A DNA stretch of 64,000 nucleotides from Methanomassiliicoccaceae archaeon (GCA_040776945.1 JAXGZN010000001.1:768001-832000); one strand, 5' to 3'. Positions 8,350-18,460 are shown, numbered from the stretch's first letter. Numbers and translations: made by a program. Notes: generated by a model not told the origin, from the sequence alone.

Positions 8350-11300
8350 TTGCCGGCAGAGGGCGATGATGGTTACGACGCGGTGATGAACGGCGTGAGC
8401 GGGGAGGAGCCCCGGGACGAGAAGCTCCATCCAGGCGTGGACGTGAGCGTGGTCTCCAAGTGGGAAGCGTTCTTCCAGGGCACCGAGTACATGCAGAAGG
8501 TGCGCGAGGTGGCCGACCTGTACCCTGAGGTCAGGAGCGTCAACGTCAAGTACGATGATCTGGACAGGTTCGACGCGGACCTTGCCGCCGGGCTGCTGGA
8601 CCATCCCGACCTCTATCTCCTCGCAGGCAAGCAGGCGATGAAGAACCTCATGCACCTGGACATGCGGCGGGCGGGCATCAACCTCCGCATATTGGAGCTT
8701 CCGAGGGACTCGCGGGTGGAGATCAGGGACCTCAGGGCCAAGCACGTCGGGAAGCTGGTCTCCGTGGAAGGCCTGGTTCGCAAGGCCACGGAGGTCCGGC
8801 CTAAGATCACCGATGCGCTGTTCCAGTGCCTGAGGTGCGGCCACGTGATCAAGGAGGTCCAAGAGGGCCTTTTCTTCAAGGAGCCGATGGAGTGCTACAA
8901 GGAGCAGGACGGCTGCGGACGCTCCGCCGGGTCCACCAAGTTCAAGCTTCTGACCGAGGAGTCGCGGTTCGTGGACACGCAGAAGGTCGAGGTGCAGGAG
9001 AGCCCCGAGGGGCTGAGGGGCGGGGCGCAGCCGGAGCGCCTGACAGGCTACCTGGAGGACGACGCCGCCGGTTCGGTGGCGCCGGGCGACCGCATAACCT
9101 TGAACGGCATCCTGCGCTCGGTGCAGAAGGGCCAGCCGGCCAAGTCCACCCTGTTCGACATCAACCTCGACATCATCGCAGCGGAATCGCAGCGCCACGA
9201 GTACGAGGAGATTCAGATCACCGAAGAGGACGAGAGGAGGATAATTGAGACCGCCCGCTCCCCTGACCTGTTCCGGAAGATCGTGGCGTCCATCTCCCCG
9301 ACCATCTTCGGCTACGACACGGAGAAGGAGGCGCTCGCTCTGCAGCTGTTCGGCGGGGTGCCCAAGAACCTCGACGACGGAACTCGCATCAGGGGCGACA
9401 TCCACATCTTATTGATCGGCGACCCAGGGGTCGCCAAGTGCGTGGTCGGGGACACCGACGTCACCCTGCCGGACGGCTCCACCCGCAAGATCAGGGACAT
9501 CGTGGAGGAGGTGCTGGCGACCGGGCCGGTGGAAAGCATCGACGACGGCTTCACCGCACCCGCGGACCTCAAGGTGCTGACCTTCAGCATGAGGGGCCGC
9601 ATGGACACCGGAGAGTGCGTGCGGGTGTGGAAGCGCACCGCCCCGGAGAAGATGATCAAGGTGACCACGGAGAAGGGCCGCACGGTCATCTGCACCCCCA
9701 CGCATCCGCTGTTCGTGCACAACGGACGAGCGATCCGGCCGGTGGAGGTGTCCTGCCTCAAGGTGGGGAGACCGATCGCGGTGAGCACCGGCCTGTTCAA
9801 GCAGTGGGACAACCAGAACTTCGGCTGGGACTGCGGCTTCGACATGGATGCCATCGCCTCCAAGGAGGAGATCGACCCTCCGGAGGAGTGGGTGTACGAC
9901 CTGGAAGTGGACCTGTCGCACAACTACATCGCCAACGGCATAATATCGCATAACAGCCAGATGCTGAGGTACATGTCCCGCCTGGCCCCCCGGGGCATCT
10001 ACGCGTCCGGGAAGTCGTCATCGGCGGCCGGGCTGTGCGTGGCACCGGACACCCAGATAGAGATCGATGGCGCCGAGGTGCCCATCGGAGATTTCGTGGA
10101 GGCCCGCATGCGGTCTCCAGTGGAAGCGAGACCGGGTCAGTGGTGCTGCAGTATAGAGGGCCAGTGCGGCGCGGCAACGGTGTCGGACAGATGCCAGACA
10201 GATAAACAGGTGGAGGCCATATGGCGCATCGACACCCCTTCATTTCTTGTGGAGATCGTGGAATCCTCGGGAAAGCGGCTGACGCTGACCCCAGAGACCA
10301 GGCTTTGGTGCATGCCAGAGTCCTCCCATGATGGGTGGACCAAGGCGTCAGACATCGAGGAGGGCCAGAAGGTCCTCGTGAAGGACGATGCTGCGGGAGG
10401 CTTCCGGTGGAGCGCGGTCTCCGAGGTCAGGATGACCAATGAAGGGCTGCCGCCCGCGGTGTACGACCTCACCGTCAGAGGCGCGCACAGCTTCCTCGCC
10501 AACGGGTTCGTGGTGCACAACACCGCAGCGGCGGTGAAGGACGATTTCGGAGAGGGCCGCTGGACGCTGGAGGCCGGGGCGCTGGTCCTGGCGGACAAGG
10601 GACAGGCCTGCCTCGAGGAGAACGCACCGGTGCTGACGAACCATGGATTCAAGCCCATTCGGGACGTGAGGCCCGGCGACCAGGTGGTCAACTACGACCA
10701 GGGGTATCACTGCGCGACGGTGAAACGGGTCATAAGGAAAGGGGTCAAGCGCACTATCAGGCTCCACACCTACACCGGGGACATCATCGAGTGCACCCCG
10801 GACCATCATGTTCTAACGGGAAGGGGCTGGGTGGAGGCCGGGAGCATCACGCCGAAGGATGCCATAAAGGTGCCCGCCGACCACGCCATCCCGGCCCTCG
10901 TCCGCAGGGACCCCATGGAGAAAGGCTTCCTGCGCGGGTTCGCGATGAGCTGCGTAAGCGGCCGCGGGACCTCGCCGAAGGACCCGGAGCTTGCGGCCGC
11001 GGGCTTGAACGACGACCTTTCCCGCTACATCGCGGGCCTGCTGGAAAGGCATTGCAGGATCGACCACGGCACGGAGGCCCGCTGCCCCCACGGCCGAGCG
11101 TTCATCGGAGGGGGTGAGATGAACAGGTCCCAGAACGTCCTCTGCCAGCTCGGACCCTCCTCTATGGTGGCCGAAGCTTACGCACCGCTCCATCAGGACA
11201 ACATCGACCTGGAGGACCGCGATCACTGCCTCGGCATACTGGCCGGGGCGATAAGCGCAGACTGCCGCATAACCCACAGGCGGGGAGCGCACGGCGAGAG

Positions 11301-13524
11301 GCATATAATCGACGTCGGCATCGGCAGGAGGCACGGCCCTGAGCGGGCCGAGCGGACGCAGCGCCTTCTGATGGCGCTCTTCCAGAGCTTCGGCATACTG
11401 GCGGTGAAGAGGCGCGGAAAGGTCCAGATATCATCGGTCGAGAGCTACAACCGGGCCGCCGACCTCATCGGGCCGTTCGTGGTCGGAAGGAACGCCTCGA
11501 AGCTCTGCCGCGTGAATGCCAAGGGCAGGACAGGCTCGCCCGACGCGCTGCTGGACGACGAATATCTCGATTGGCTCTCGTCCGTGAGGTTCCGAGCCTC
11601 TCGTACGGCGGAGCTAGGGCTTCGCCCCCTCATCCGCCGCGCGGTCAGGAGAAGGAAGGTCTCGGTCACCTTGATGGAGGCCCTCCGGCCGCACTGGAAG
11701 ACCATAACCGACGCTCCGTTCCGTGAGCCGGCCAGAGATTACCTTCTCAATCCGGTCATCAAGATCACGCCCGGTTCGGAGCGTCCCGTTTACGACCTCA
11801 CCATCGACGGGGAGCCCAACTTCCTGGTGTCCGGCGGAATAGTCCACAACTGCGTCGACGAGATGGACAAGATGACCGACCAGGACCGGTCAAGCATGCA
11901 CGAGGCCATGGAATCGCAGTGCTATGACGATCGGACCGAGGTGCTGACCGATAAGGGATGGAAGCTGTTCCGCGATGTGAGCCGCGAGGACCTGGTGGCC
12001 TCCATGGACCCTTCCGGCGGTGTCGAGCTCGTTCGCCCCTCGCTCTACGTTGACAACGAGTACGATGGAGAGATGTATCGCATCCGTTCCGAGCATGTCG
12101 ATCTCCTCGTCACCCCCAACCACAACATGTACGTCTCCACCGCCGGCCAAGACGGCTACGCCCTGGTCCGCATGGACGAGCTTCCGCTCGACCGGACGAT
12201 CAGGTTCAAGAAGAACGCCGCCCGGCCGGTCGAGGGCACCGTGCTCCCAACGGCATCCCGGCAGAAGGCCGGAGGGGCATCCGCCGGAGCGCTCCTTGTG
12301 AACCGTGAGAGGATGAGCGCATCGGCGGAACGGATGCGCGATATGCTCGGGACATCGTCCCTCCGGCAGATGGCGGAGGGGACCCGGACGTTCACGACCC
12401 ATGACCGCGCCCTCGCGGACAACGTTCAGGAGATGGCCTTCAAGGCGGGGCTCGCCGCAGATATCGAGGAGGCGGTCGAGGGCGGACGGGCGCTGTACAC
12501 CATACAAATGATCGATGATGAGGGCGCTGAGCCGGCGATCGATGCGGCCAGAGAGGTCTCCAAGGAGCGCTATCGCGGAAGAGTTTACTGTGTCGAAGTG
12601 CCGAACCACGTCCTCTACGTTCGGCGCAACGGCAAGCCCGTATGGTGCGGCAACACCGTCTCGGTGGCCAAGGCCGGCATCACCGCCACGCTGCAGTGCC
12701 GGTGCTCCCTTCTCGGCGCGGCGAACCCGAAGTACGGCCGCTTCCAGGAGCACCAGTACATCGCCGATCAGATCAACATGCCTCCCGCGCTGCTCTCCAG
12801 GTTCGACCTGATATTCGCGATGACCGACAAGCCGTCCGCGGACAAGGACGCTAACATCACCCAGCACATCCTCAAGGCCCATCGCAGGGGGCAAGTCCGC
12901 AAGTACGAGGACCCCGCGGCCATATCCGGCGTGGACGGGGAGAGGATCCTGAGCGACACCACCGCCATGCTGCCGGCGCTGGAGCGGGACTTCTTCCGCA
13001 AGTACGTCGCGTACTCCAAGAAGATCAATCCCGTGCTCTCCGACGAGGCCATGGCCATCATCTCCCAGTTCTACCTGAAGATCAGGAAGCAGGGCGAGGG
13101 CGAGGGCGCCTCGGTGCCGATCACCGCCCGTCAGCTGGAGGCGTTCGTCAGGCTCTCGGAGGCGAGCGCCCGGGCGAGGCTGTCGAACGTGGTGGAGGCG
13201 GATGACGCGCAGCGAGCAGTGCGCATCGTGGAGTACTATCTCCGACGCATCGCCGGAGAGGGCGACAAGCTCGATTTCGACATCATAGCCACCGGCACCT
13301 CGCATTCGCAGCGCGAGCAGATAGGGATCCTGAAGAAGCTAATCTCCGGGCTGTCCAAGAACGCGGAGTTCAAGAAGGGCGTGCCGTCGGAGGAGATCTT
13401 CAAGTCCGCGATGGCGGAGGGCATCGCCGAGGACCGGGCCAAAACATTGCTCAAGCGCCTGGCGCAGAACGGGGAGATATACTCGCCATCGCCTGGCCAC
13501 TATAGACTGGCATCGGAGGGTTGA
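8350..13524 (+). CDS. mcm: MCM replicative helicase precursor with four inteins (1724 aa precursor, about 731 aa spliced)
   Basis: Zn finger CLRC...CYKEQDGC, RGDIHILLIGDPGVAK|SQ, SSAAGL|TAA, A|CVDEMDKM, HEAMESQ|TVSVAKAG, ALLSRFDL, ITARQLE; TTG start 4 nt after GGTGA. Confidence 0.97.
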   Translation: MPAEGDDGYDAVMNGVSGEEPRDEKLHPGVDVSVVSKWEAFFQGTEYMQKVREVADLYPEVRSVNVKYDDLDRFDADLAAGLLDHPDLYLLAGKQAMKNLMHLDMRRAGINLRILELPRDSRVEIRDLRAKHVGKLVSVEGLVRKATEVRPKITDALFQCLRCGHVIKEVQEGLFFKEPMECYKEQDGCGRSAGSTKFKLLTEESRFVDTQKVEVQESPEGLRGGAQPERLTGYLEDDAAGSVAPGDRITLNGILRSVQKGQPAKSTLFDINLDIIAAESQRHEYEEIQITEEDERRIIETARSPDLFRKIVASISPTIFGYDTEKEALALQLFGGVPKNLDDGTRIRGDIHILLIGDPGVAKCVVGDTDVTLPDGSTRKIRDIVEEVLATGPVESIDDGFTAPADLKVLTFSMRGRMDTGECVRVWKRTAPEKMIKVTTEKGRTVICTPTHPLFVHNGRAIRPVEVSCLKVGRPIAVSTGLFKQWDNQNFGWDCGFDMDAIASKEEIDPPEEWVYDLEVDLSHNYIANGIISHNSQMLRYMSRLAPRGIYASGKSSSAAGLCVAPDTQIEIDGAEVPIGDFVEARMRSPVEARPGQWCCSIEGQCGAATVSDRCQTDKQVEAIWRIDTPSFLVEIVESSGKRLTLTPETRLWCMPESSHDGWTKASDIEEGQKVLVKDDAAGGFRWSAVSEVRMTNEGLPPAVYDLTVRGAHSFLANGFVVHNTAAAVKDDFGEGRWTLEAGALVLADKGQACLEENAPVLTNHGFKPIRDVRPGDQVVNYDQGYHCATVKRVIRKGVKRTIRLHTYTGDIIECTPDHHVLTGRGWVEAGSITPKDAIKVPADHAIPALVRRDPMEKGFLRGFAMSCVSGRGTSPKDPELAAAGLNDDLSRYIAGLLERHCRIDHGTEARCPHGRAFIGGGEMNRSQNVLCQLGPSSMVAEAYAPLHQDNIDLEDRDHCLGILAGAISADCRITHRRGAHGERHIIDVGIGRRHGPERAERTQRLLMALFQSFGILAVKRRGKVQISSVESYNRAADLIGPFVVGRNASKLCRVNAKGRTGSPDALLDDEYLDWLSSVRFRASRTAELGLRPLIRRAVRRRKVSVTLMEALRPHWKTITDAPFREPARDYLLNPVIKITPGSERPVYDLTIDGEPNFLVSGGIVHNCVDEMDKMTDQDRSSMHEAMESQCYDDRTEVLTDKGWKLFRDVSREDLVASMDPSGGVELVRPSLYVDNEYDGEMYRIRSEHVDLLVTPNHNMYVSTAGQDGYALVRMDELPLDRTIRFKKNAARPVEGTVLPTASRQKAGGASAGALLVNRERMSASAERMRDMLGTSSLRQMAEGTRTFTTHDRALADNVQEMAFKAGLAADIEEAVEGGRALYTIQMIDDEGAEPAIDAAREVSKERYRGRVYCVEVPNHVLYVRRNGKPVWCGNTVSVAKAGITATLQCRCSLLGAANPKYGRFQEHQYIADQINMPPALLSRFDLIFAMTDKPSADKDANITQHILKAHRRGQVRKYEDPAAISGVDGERILSDTTAMLPALERDFFRKYVAYSKKINPVLSDEAMAIISQFYLKIRKQGEGEGASVPITARQLEAFVRLSEASARARLSNVVEADDAQRAVRIVEYYLRRIAGEGDKLDFDIIATGTSHSQREQIGILKKLISGLSKNAEFKKGVPSEEIFKSAMAEGIAEDRAKTLLKRLAQNGEIYSPSPGHYRLASEG
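9439..9954 (+). mobile_element. MCM intein 1, mini-intein (172 aa) in Walker A
   Basis: CVVGDT... block B CTPTHPLF ... VYDLEV...NYIANGIISHN|S. Confidence 0.92.
10036..10521 (+). mobile_element. MCM intein 2, mini-intein (162 aa)
   Basis: GL|CVAPDT... block B LTLTPETRL (no His) ...VYDLTV...FLANGFVVHN|T. Confidence 0.92.
10609..11850 (+). mobile_element. MCM intein 3 (414 aa) immediately before Walker B, with a degenerate LAGLIDADG endonuclease region
   Basis: A|CLEENAPVLT...CTPDHHVLT...GFLRGFAMSC...GILAGAISADC...VYDLTI...FLVSGGIVHN|C. Confidence 0.92.
11920..12654 (+). mobile_element. MCM intein 4 (245 aa), Gly-Asn terminus, partial endonuclease remnant
   Basis: Q|CYDDRTEVLT...VTPNHNM...VYCVEVPNHVLYVRRNGKPVWCGN|T. 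Confidence 0.92.
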
Positions 13525-13525
13525 G

Positions 13526-13819
13526 ATGATCACGCTGCGAATGCACCGACACGGGCGCGAGCTCCTGCTCGCCGCGGCGGACAAGGACCTTCTGGGCAGG
13601 GAGCTGAGAGGCGACGGCCTGAGACTGGAGGTATGCCTAGAGTTCTACGAAGGCGAGGACGCCAGCGAGGAGGTTCTGCTGAACCGCCTGTCGATGTGCA
13701 CCGTGGCCAACCTGGTAGGCGAGGAGACGGTCGGTGCGGCGCTGCGCGGCGGCTACCTGCACGAGGACTGCATACTGAGGATCGCTGGGGTCCCCCATGC
13801 CCAGCTGGCGAAGATGTAG
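13526..13819 (+). CDS. DUF424 family protein
   Basis: LLAAADKDLLG...EFYEG...ANLVGEETV...RIAGVPHAQ; typical mcm/nmd3 neighbour. Confidence 0.85.
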   Translation: MITLRMHRHGRELLLAAADKDLLGRELRGDGLRLEVCLEFYEGEDASEEVLLNRLSMCTVANLVGEETVGAALRGGYLHEDCILRIAGVPHAQLAKM

Positions 13820-14848
13820 ATGTTCTGCGTGAAGTGCGGCCGAGAGGGAAGGACGTACAGCGCCCTATGCCCGGAATGCTTCCTCCAGGCCAACCGGTTC
13901 ACGTCAGTGCCGGAGTTCCTGGACCTCAACGTCTGCGCGCACTGCGCCGACTATCTGCTCGGCAGGAGATGGAAGCACTACGATGCCGAGGAGGACGCGG
14001 TGAAGGACCACGCCGCCGATAACATACTCCTTCGGCAGGACGCCATAATGACGGAGCTGGAGGTGGCCGCGGAGAAGATGGACGCCAAGCACTACCGGGT
14101 GACGATGGTCGCCCACCTGCTGCACGAGGACCTCGAGGTCGCCGAGGAGCTGGGGACGACCGTGAGGGTGCGCCGCAGCGTCTGTCCGAAGTGCAACAAG
14201 ATCCAGGGCAATTACTTCGAGTCCATTGTGCAGATCCGCCCATCGGACAAGCGGTTCTCGGAAGAGGAGCGGGAGGCCGTCCTGAAACGCGCCCTGTCCT
14301 ACGTCGAGGGCATGGCCAAGGACAGCCGGGACGCGTTCGTGGCCAAGGTCACCCAGGCCCACGGCGGCTACGACCTCTACGTGAGCACGATAGCGCTGGG
14401 GAAGATGCTGTCCCGGGACCTCGTCTCCACCTACGGCGCCGAGTACAAGGAATCATCGAGCCTGCAGGGACAGAAGGACGGCCACGACATCTATCGGGTC
14501 ACCTACCTGGTACGACTGCCGCCGTACCGCGTCCGAGACATAGTGCTCGTCAACGGCCGCCTGTACATGGTCCACAGCACCGGTCCGCACTCCGCGAAGC
14601 TTAGGGACCTGAAGAGCAACGAGCTCCTCACGGCGATGAACCAGGACCTCAGGGAGGTCAAGGTCGTGGGCACGCCCAGGGACGTGCTGGACGCTGTCGT
14701 TCTCACCGAAACCGACCGTGAGTACCAGATCATGCATCCGGTGAGCTACCGCACCGTGGAGATAAAGCACCCCCGCGGCTTCGTGCGCACCGGGGACACG
14801 GTGAAGGTGTTCCCCTACGAGGGGGAGCTCTACTTCATCGGCAACTAG
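13820..14848 (+). CDS. nmd3: Nmd3-family ribosome biogenesis protein
   Basis: FCVKCG...LCPEC, CAHC, CPKC, YFESIVQIR, YRVTYLVRLP. Confidence 0.9.
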   Translation: MFCVKCGREGRTYSALCPECFLQANRFTSVPEFLDLNVCAHCADYLLGRRWKHYDAEEDAVKDHAADNILLRQDAIMTELEVAAEKMDAKHYRVTMVAHLLHEDLEVAEELGTTVRVRRSVCPKCNKIQGNYFESIVQIRPSDKRFSEEEREAVLKRALSYVEGMAKDSRDAFVAKVTQAHGGYDLYVSTIALGKMLSRDLVSTYGAEYKESSSLQGQKDGHDIYRVTYLVRLPPYRVRDIVLVNGRLYMVHSTGPHSAKLRDLKSNELLTAMNQDLREVKVVGTPRDVLDAVVLTETDREYQIMHPVSYRTVEIKHPRGFVRTGDTVKVFPYEGELYFIGN

Positions 14849-15588
14849 CCCTCGCCGTTCTGCTCCAGCATAAGCTCTTGAAGGCGGCCCAGGGCGGCCT
14901 CGGCGTCCTTCCTCGGGCCGCGTATTATCACGCGGTTCCCCTCCTCCTTCCAGTTCTTGCTGGGCAATGACGCTATGCGCACCGGGAACTCGGTGAACAC
15001 CTGTTCGAACAGCGGCTCCATGGACGACTCGCCGCGCCACACCCTGATCTCCAGCTCGATCTCTCCCGTTCCCTCGATCCTGGGCAGGATGTGCTCGCGG
15101 AACATCGGAAGCATCTCATCGGGAAAGCCTGGCAGCAGGAAGATGGTCATCCCGTCCTTCAGTGCCTCTACCCCGCAGGCCGCTCCAGTTGGATTGCTCA
15201 GGGCCCTGGATCCCCGGGGCACCTGGGCCATGCGGCGCAGCACGTCATTGATCATCATCGGCCGCTGGTGCATCCGGGTCAGGGCGGCGGCCATCTCCCT
15301 CTCTGCCTCCGGGTCCGTCACCAGCTCGGCGCCGAGGTACCGGGCCAGGGCCTCCCGCGTCACGTCGTCCAGCGTCGGGCCCAGCCCGCCGGTGACGATG
15401 AGCATGTCGGCTCCCAGCGCCTTCGCGTGCTCGAACCCCTTGACGATGTCGTCCTCGCGGTCGCCCACCACCTCGATCAGAACTAGCCGGGCGCCCTTCC
15501 TGCGTATGGAAGCGACCATCTCCTTCTGGAAAGGGTCGGTATCCCCGGTCAGCAGCTCGTCGCCGATGTGCAGTATGCCGGTCCTCAT
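14845..15588 (-). CDS. CinA-like molybdopterin-binding-domain protein
   Basis: ATG 15588: IGDELLTG, VGD, TGGLGPTLDDVTREA, NPTGAACG, LPGFPDEM. Confidence 0.85.
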   Translation of the reverse strand: MRTGILHIGDELLTGDTDPFQKEMVASIRRKGARLVLIEVVGDREDDIVKGFEHAKALGADMLIVTGGLGPTLDDVTREALARYLGAELVTDPEAEREMAAALTRMHQRPMMINDVLRRMAQVPRGSRALSNPTGAACGVEALKDGMTIFLLPGFPDEMLPMFREHILPRIEGTGEIELEIRVWRGESSMEPLFEQVFTEFPVRIASLPSKNWKEEGNRVIIRGPRKDAEAALGRLQELMLEQNGEG

Positions 15589-15664
15589 CGGTCCGTGATG
15601 TTGGTCCCAGGGAAAAAGGTTGGGGCGGGGGGCTTGGCCGGGCCCCCTCGTCCCCTCGCTCCGA

Positions 15665-16528
15665 TCAGGCGGCCATCTCACGGCGGCGGAAGAAGATGTA
15701 CGCCAATACCATCGCCGCCACGGCATAGGCCACCATCACCCCGATAGACAGGTACACCTCCGGATAGAACAGGTAGGTGGTGAAGCTCTGCCCCGGAGCG
15801 ATCTCGAACGACATCGTGGTGTCGACCGGGTATGGATCGCTCATGATGTAGCTCAGGGTGCCTCCAGCAAAGTCGATCATGAACCACGGCTTGGTCCCTC
15901 CCAGCTGCCCGATCAGCGAGGTGATGATGTTCAATATCAGGAAGAACAGCGCGAAGGTGAGTATCAGCGCGCCGGTCGACCCCTTCATGATGGAGCTGAT
16001 GAGGAAGGCCACGGCCATGGCCGAAATGCCGTAAAGCAGCGAGAGGCCCAGGGACGCGAAGACCCGGTCGGACAGGCCCCCGTCGCCCATGACCAGTCCG
16101 GCGGCGATCGCCACCGCATAGTAGGTGACCAGCACCAGGCCCATAGCCCCCACCGAAGAGGCGAACTTGCCGGCAAGGATGCTCGATTTTCTCACCGGAT
16201 TGGGGAACAGCAGGAAGCCAGTGCGCGACTGGTACTCGGAAACAATGGCATCCCCGCCGAAGAGCGTAGCGCCCAGGACGATCAGTATGCTCACGAAGCC
16301 GACATACTGCTCGATGACCCCGTCCACGGTATGCGGCCGCTCGCTGGTTCCCACCAGCGCGGTGATCAGCACCAGGACCAGGGCCTCTATGATGAGTATG
16401 CCCAGCAGCCGCCGGCTGCGCAGGTACTTCATGATGTCGTACTTTGCAACGACCACGGTCTGCTGCAGGTCGGAGGGGAGCGCCCTCCCCCCGTTCTTCA
16501 CCGCTTCGACGTTAGCCTCCATCATCAT
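15665..16528 (-). CDS. ABC-2 type transporter permease
   Basis: 6 TM segments; DAIVSEYQSRTGFLLFPNPVRKSSILAGKF; start overlaps the ATPase stop. Confidence 0.85.
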   Translation of the reverse strand: MMMEANVEAVKNGGRALPSDLQQTVVVAKYDIMKYLRSRRLLGILIIEALVLVLITALVGTSERPHTVDGVIEQYVGFVSILIVLGATLFGGDAIVSEYQSRTGFLLFPNPVRKSSILAGKFASSVGAMGLVLVTYYAVAIAAGLVMGDGGLSDRVFASLGLSLLYGISAMAVAFLISSIMKGSTGALILTFALFFLILNIITSLIGQLGGTKPWFMIDFAGGTLSYIMSDPYPVDTTMSFEIAPGQSFTTYLFYPEVYLSIGVMVAYAVAAMVLAYIFFRRREMAA

Positions 16529-17463
16529 CACCTCGAGTCCTTGATCAGCGACATATAGAGCGACTCCAGCGCCAGGCCCGACTCCTTGTAAGAGACGACG
16601 TTCAGTCCGATGGACTGCAGGTCCATCAGCGCCTTGCTTTGGGCCTCGACCCCGCCCTTCAGGGAGAACATGAACTGGTTCTCCCCTGCCGCCCGGAGCT
16701 CGGTGACGCCGTCGAGCTTGGACACCTTGTTCAGCAGCTCTCCGCTGACCTTCTGCAGGACGGCCACCTCGATCCTGCGCACGGACGCTTGGCCCACGAG
16801 GCTGGCCACGGAGCCGGACCGCAGCAGCTTCCCGTGATCTATGAGGACGACGTCTGTGCACACCTCCTGCACCTCGTTCAGCAGGTGGGAGGACATGAAC
16901 ACGGTGTAATCGGCCCTCTTCAACTCGGTGAGGATCTCGCGCACCTCCACCATGCCTCGCGGATCGAGGCCCGAGGTCGGCTCGTCGAGGATGATGACGG
17001 ATGGCTCGTGCAATATCGCTTGGGCGATGGCCACCCGCTGCTTCATGCCCTTGGAGAACTTGCCGATGCGCTTGTCCGCCCAGTCGGTCATCTTGACCGT
17101 CTCCAGGACCTCGCGGCCCCTGCGCTCGATGTCCTGCCTGCTCATCCCCCTGAGCTCTCCCAAGTACGACAGCGTCTCCCGGGGGGTCAGAAAAGGGTAG
17201 AACTCCGGCGTCTCCACCACCGCCCCTACGTTCGCCAGCGCGGCCTTGGGGTCCTTGGTGACATCGACGCCGTTAAGGTACGCCTCTCCTGAGCTCGCAG
17301 AGAGCATGTTCGTCAGGATCTTGATGGTGGTGGTCTTCCCGGCGCCGTTGGGGCCCAGGAAGCCCATGAAAGACCTTCGGGGGACGGTCAGGCTCAGATC
17401 GTCCACGGCCATGAAGCCCCCGAAGTCCTTGGTCAGCTTGTTGATGACGATAGGTTCGGTCAT
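16528..17463 (-). CDS. ABC-2 type transporter ATP-binding protein
   Basis: GPNGAGKTT, FSKGMKQR, ILDEPTSGLDP, SSH. Confidence 0.95.
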   Translation of the reverse strand: MTEPIVINKLTKDFGGFMAVDDLSLTVPRRSFMGFLGPNGAGKTTTIKILTNMLSASSGEAYLNGVDVTKDPKAALANVGAVVETPEFYPFLTPRETLSYLGELRGMSRQDIERRGREVLETVKMTDWADKRIGKFSKGMKQRVAIAQAILHEPSVIILDEPTSGLDPRGMVEVREILTELKRADYTVFMSSHLLNEVQEVCTDVVLIDHGKLLRSGSVASLVGQASVRRIEVAVLQKVSGELLNKVSKLDGVTELRAAGENQFMFSLKGGVEAQSKALMDLQSIGLNVVSYKESGLALESLYMSLIKDSR

Positions 17464-17602
17464 TGGACCCCCTCTTGGATCAAGGTATTGACGGCCCCTG
17501 CGGATATAATCCTTTGCGGAGATTTTTATACAAATAGGCCAGCCTGGCTATAGTTTGCTCCGAGGCGTACACCTGATATAGACGGCGGGGGATACAACGG
17601 AC

Positions 17603-18460
17603 ATGGAGCTCGAGCGAGCGGTGGAGGACGCGGTGGTCGACATGCTCAGGGAGGCCGTGACCACCATACCGCCGGACGTCCAGGATGCGCTGCGCGCGGC
17701 CGAGAGGGCCGAGACCAGCGAGGTCGCCAGGACCCAGCTGGCGACCGTACTGCTCAATATGCGCGAGGCCGAGGAGCGCGGCATACCTCTGTGCCAGGAC
17801 ACGGGGGTGCCGGTGTTCTTCCTCACCGGCCGCATGTTCCCGGGCCTTGAGGAGAGCATCCGCCGTGGCCTGGCCCGCGCGACCGAGGAGATACCCCTGC
17901 GCCCCAATGCCGTTCACCCCCTCACCCGCAGGAACCCGGGCAACAACTTGGGCGAAGGCTCGCCCCGCATCGTGTACCGTCCAACGGACGACGGGTTCTT
18001 GGACGTGACCGTCATGCCCAAGGGCGCAGGGTCGGAGAACATGTCCGCCTTGGCCATGCTCACCCCGGCGCAGGGGCTCAGGGGCGTAAAGGAGTTCGTG
18101 CTCGAAACCGTCGCCCGCGCCGGCGGCAGGCCCTGCCCCCCGACCATCGTTGGCGTGGGCATTGGAGGCACCGCCGACCAGGCCGCTGAACTGGCCAAGG
18201 AATCTCTGCTCCGCCCTCTGGACGTCCCCAACGACGATGAGCAGCTTGACGCGCTTGAGGGCGAACTGGCGGAGGCGCTGAACTGCCTCGGCGTCGGACC
18301 CATGGGCCTCGGCGGCCGAACCACGGTGCTAGGGGTGCGGTGCGCCATGGCCTACTGCCATACGGCCTCGCTCCCGGTCGCGGTCAACCTGCAGTGCTGG
18401 GCCGCCCGCAGGGCGTCCAGGAGGATATTCGCGGACGGCCGGACGGAGAGGAGGCAATGA
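17603..18460 (+). CDS. Fe-S fumarate hydratase/tartrate dehydratase alpha subunit
   Basis: PLCQDTG, KGAGSEN, GGRPCPP, GPMGLGG, CHTASLPVAVNLQCWAAR. Confidence 0.93.
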   Translation: MELERAVEDAVVDMLREAVTTIPPDVQDALRAAERAETSEVARTQLATVLLNMREAEERGIPLCQDTGVPVFFLTGRMFPGLEESIRRGLARATEEIPLRPNAVHPLTRRNPGNNLGEGSPRIVYRPTDDGFLDVTVMPKGAGSENMSALAMLTPAQGLRGVKEFVLETVARAGGRPCPPTIVGVGIGGTADQAAELAKESLLRPLDVPNDDEQLDALEGELAEALNCLGVGPMGLGGRTTVLGVRCAMAYCHTASLPVAVNLQCWAARRASRRIFADGRTERRQ

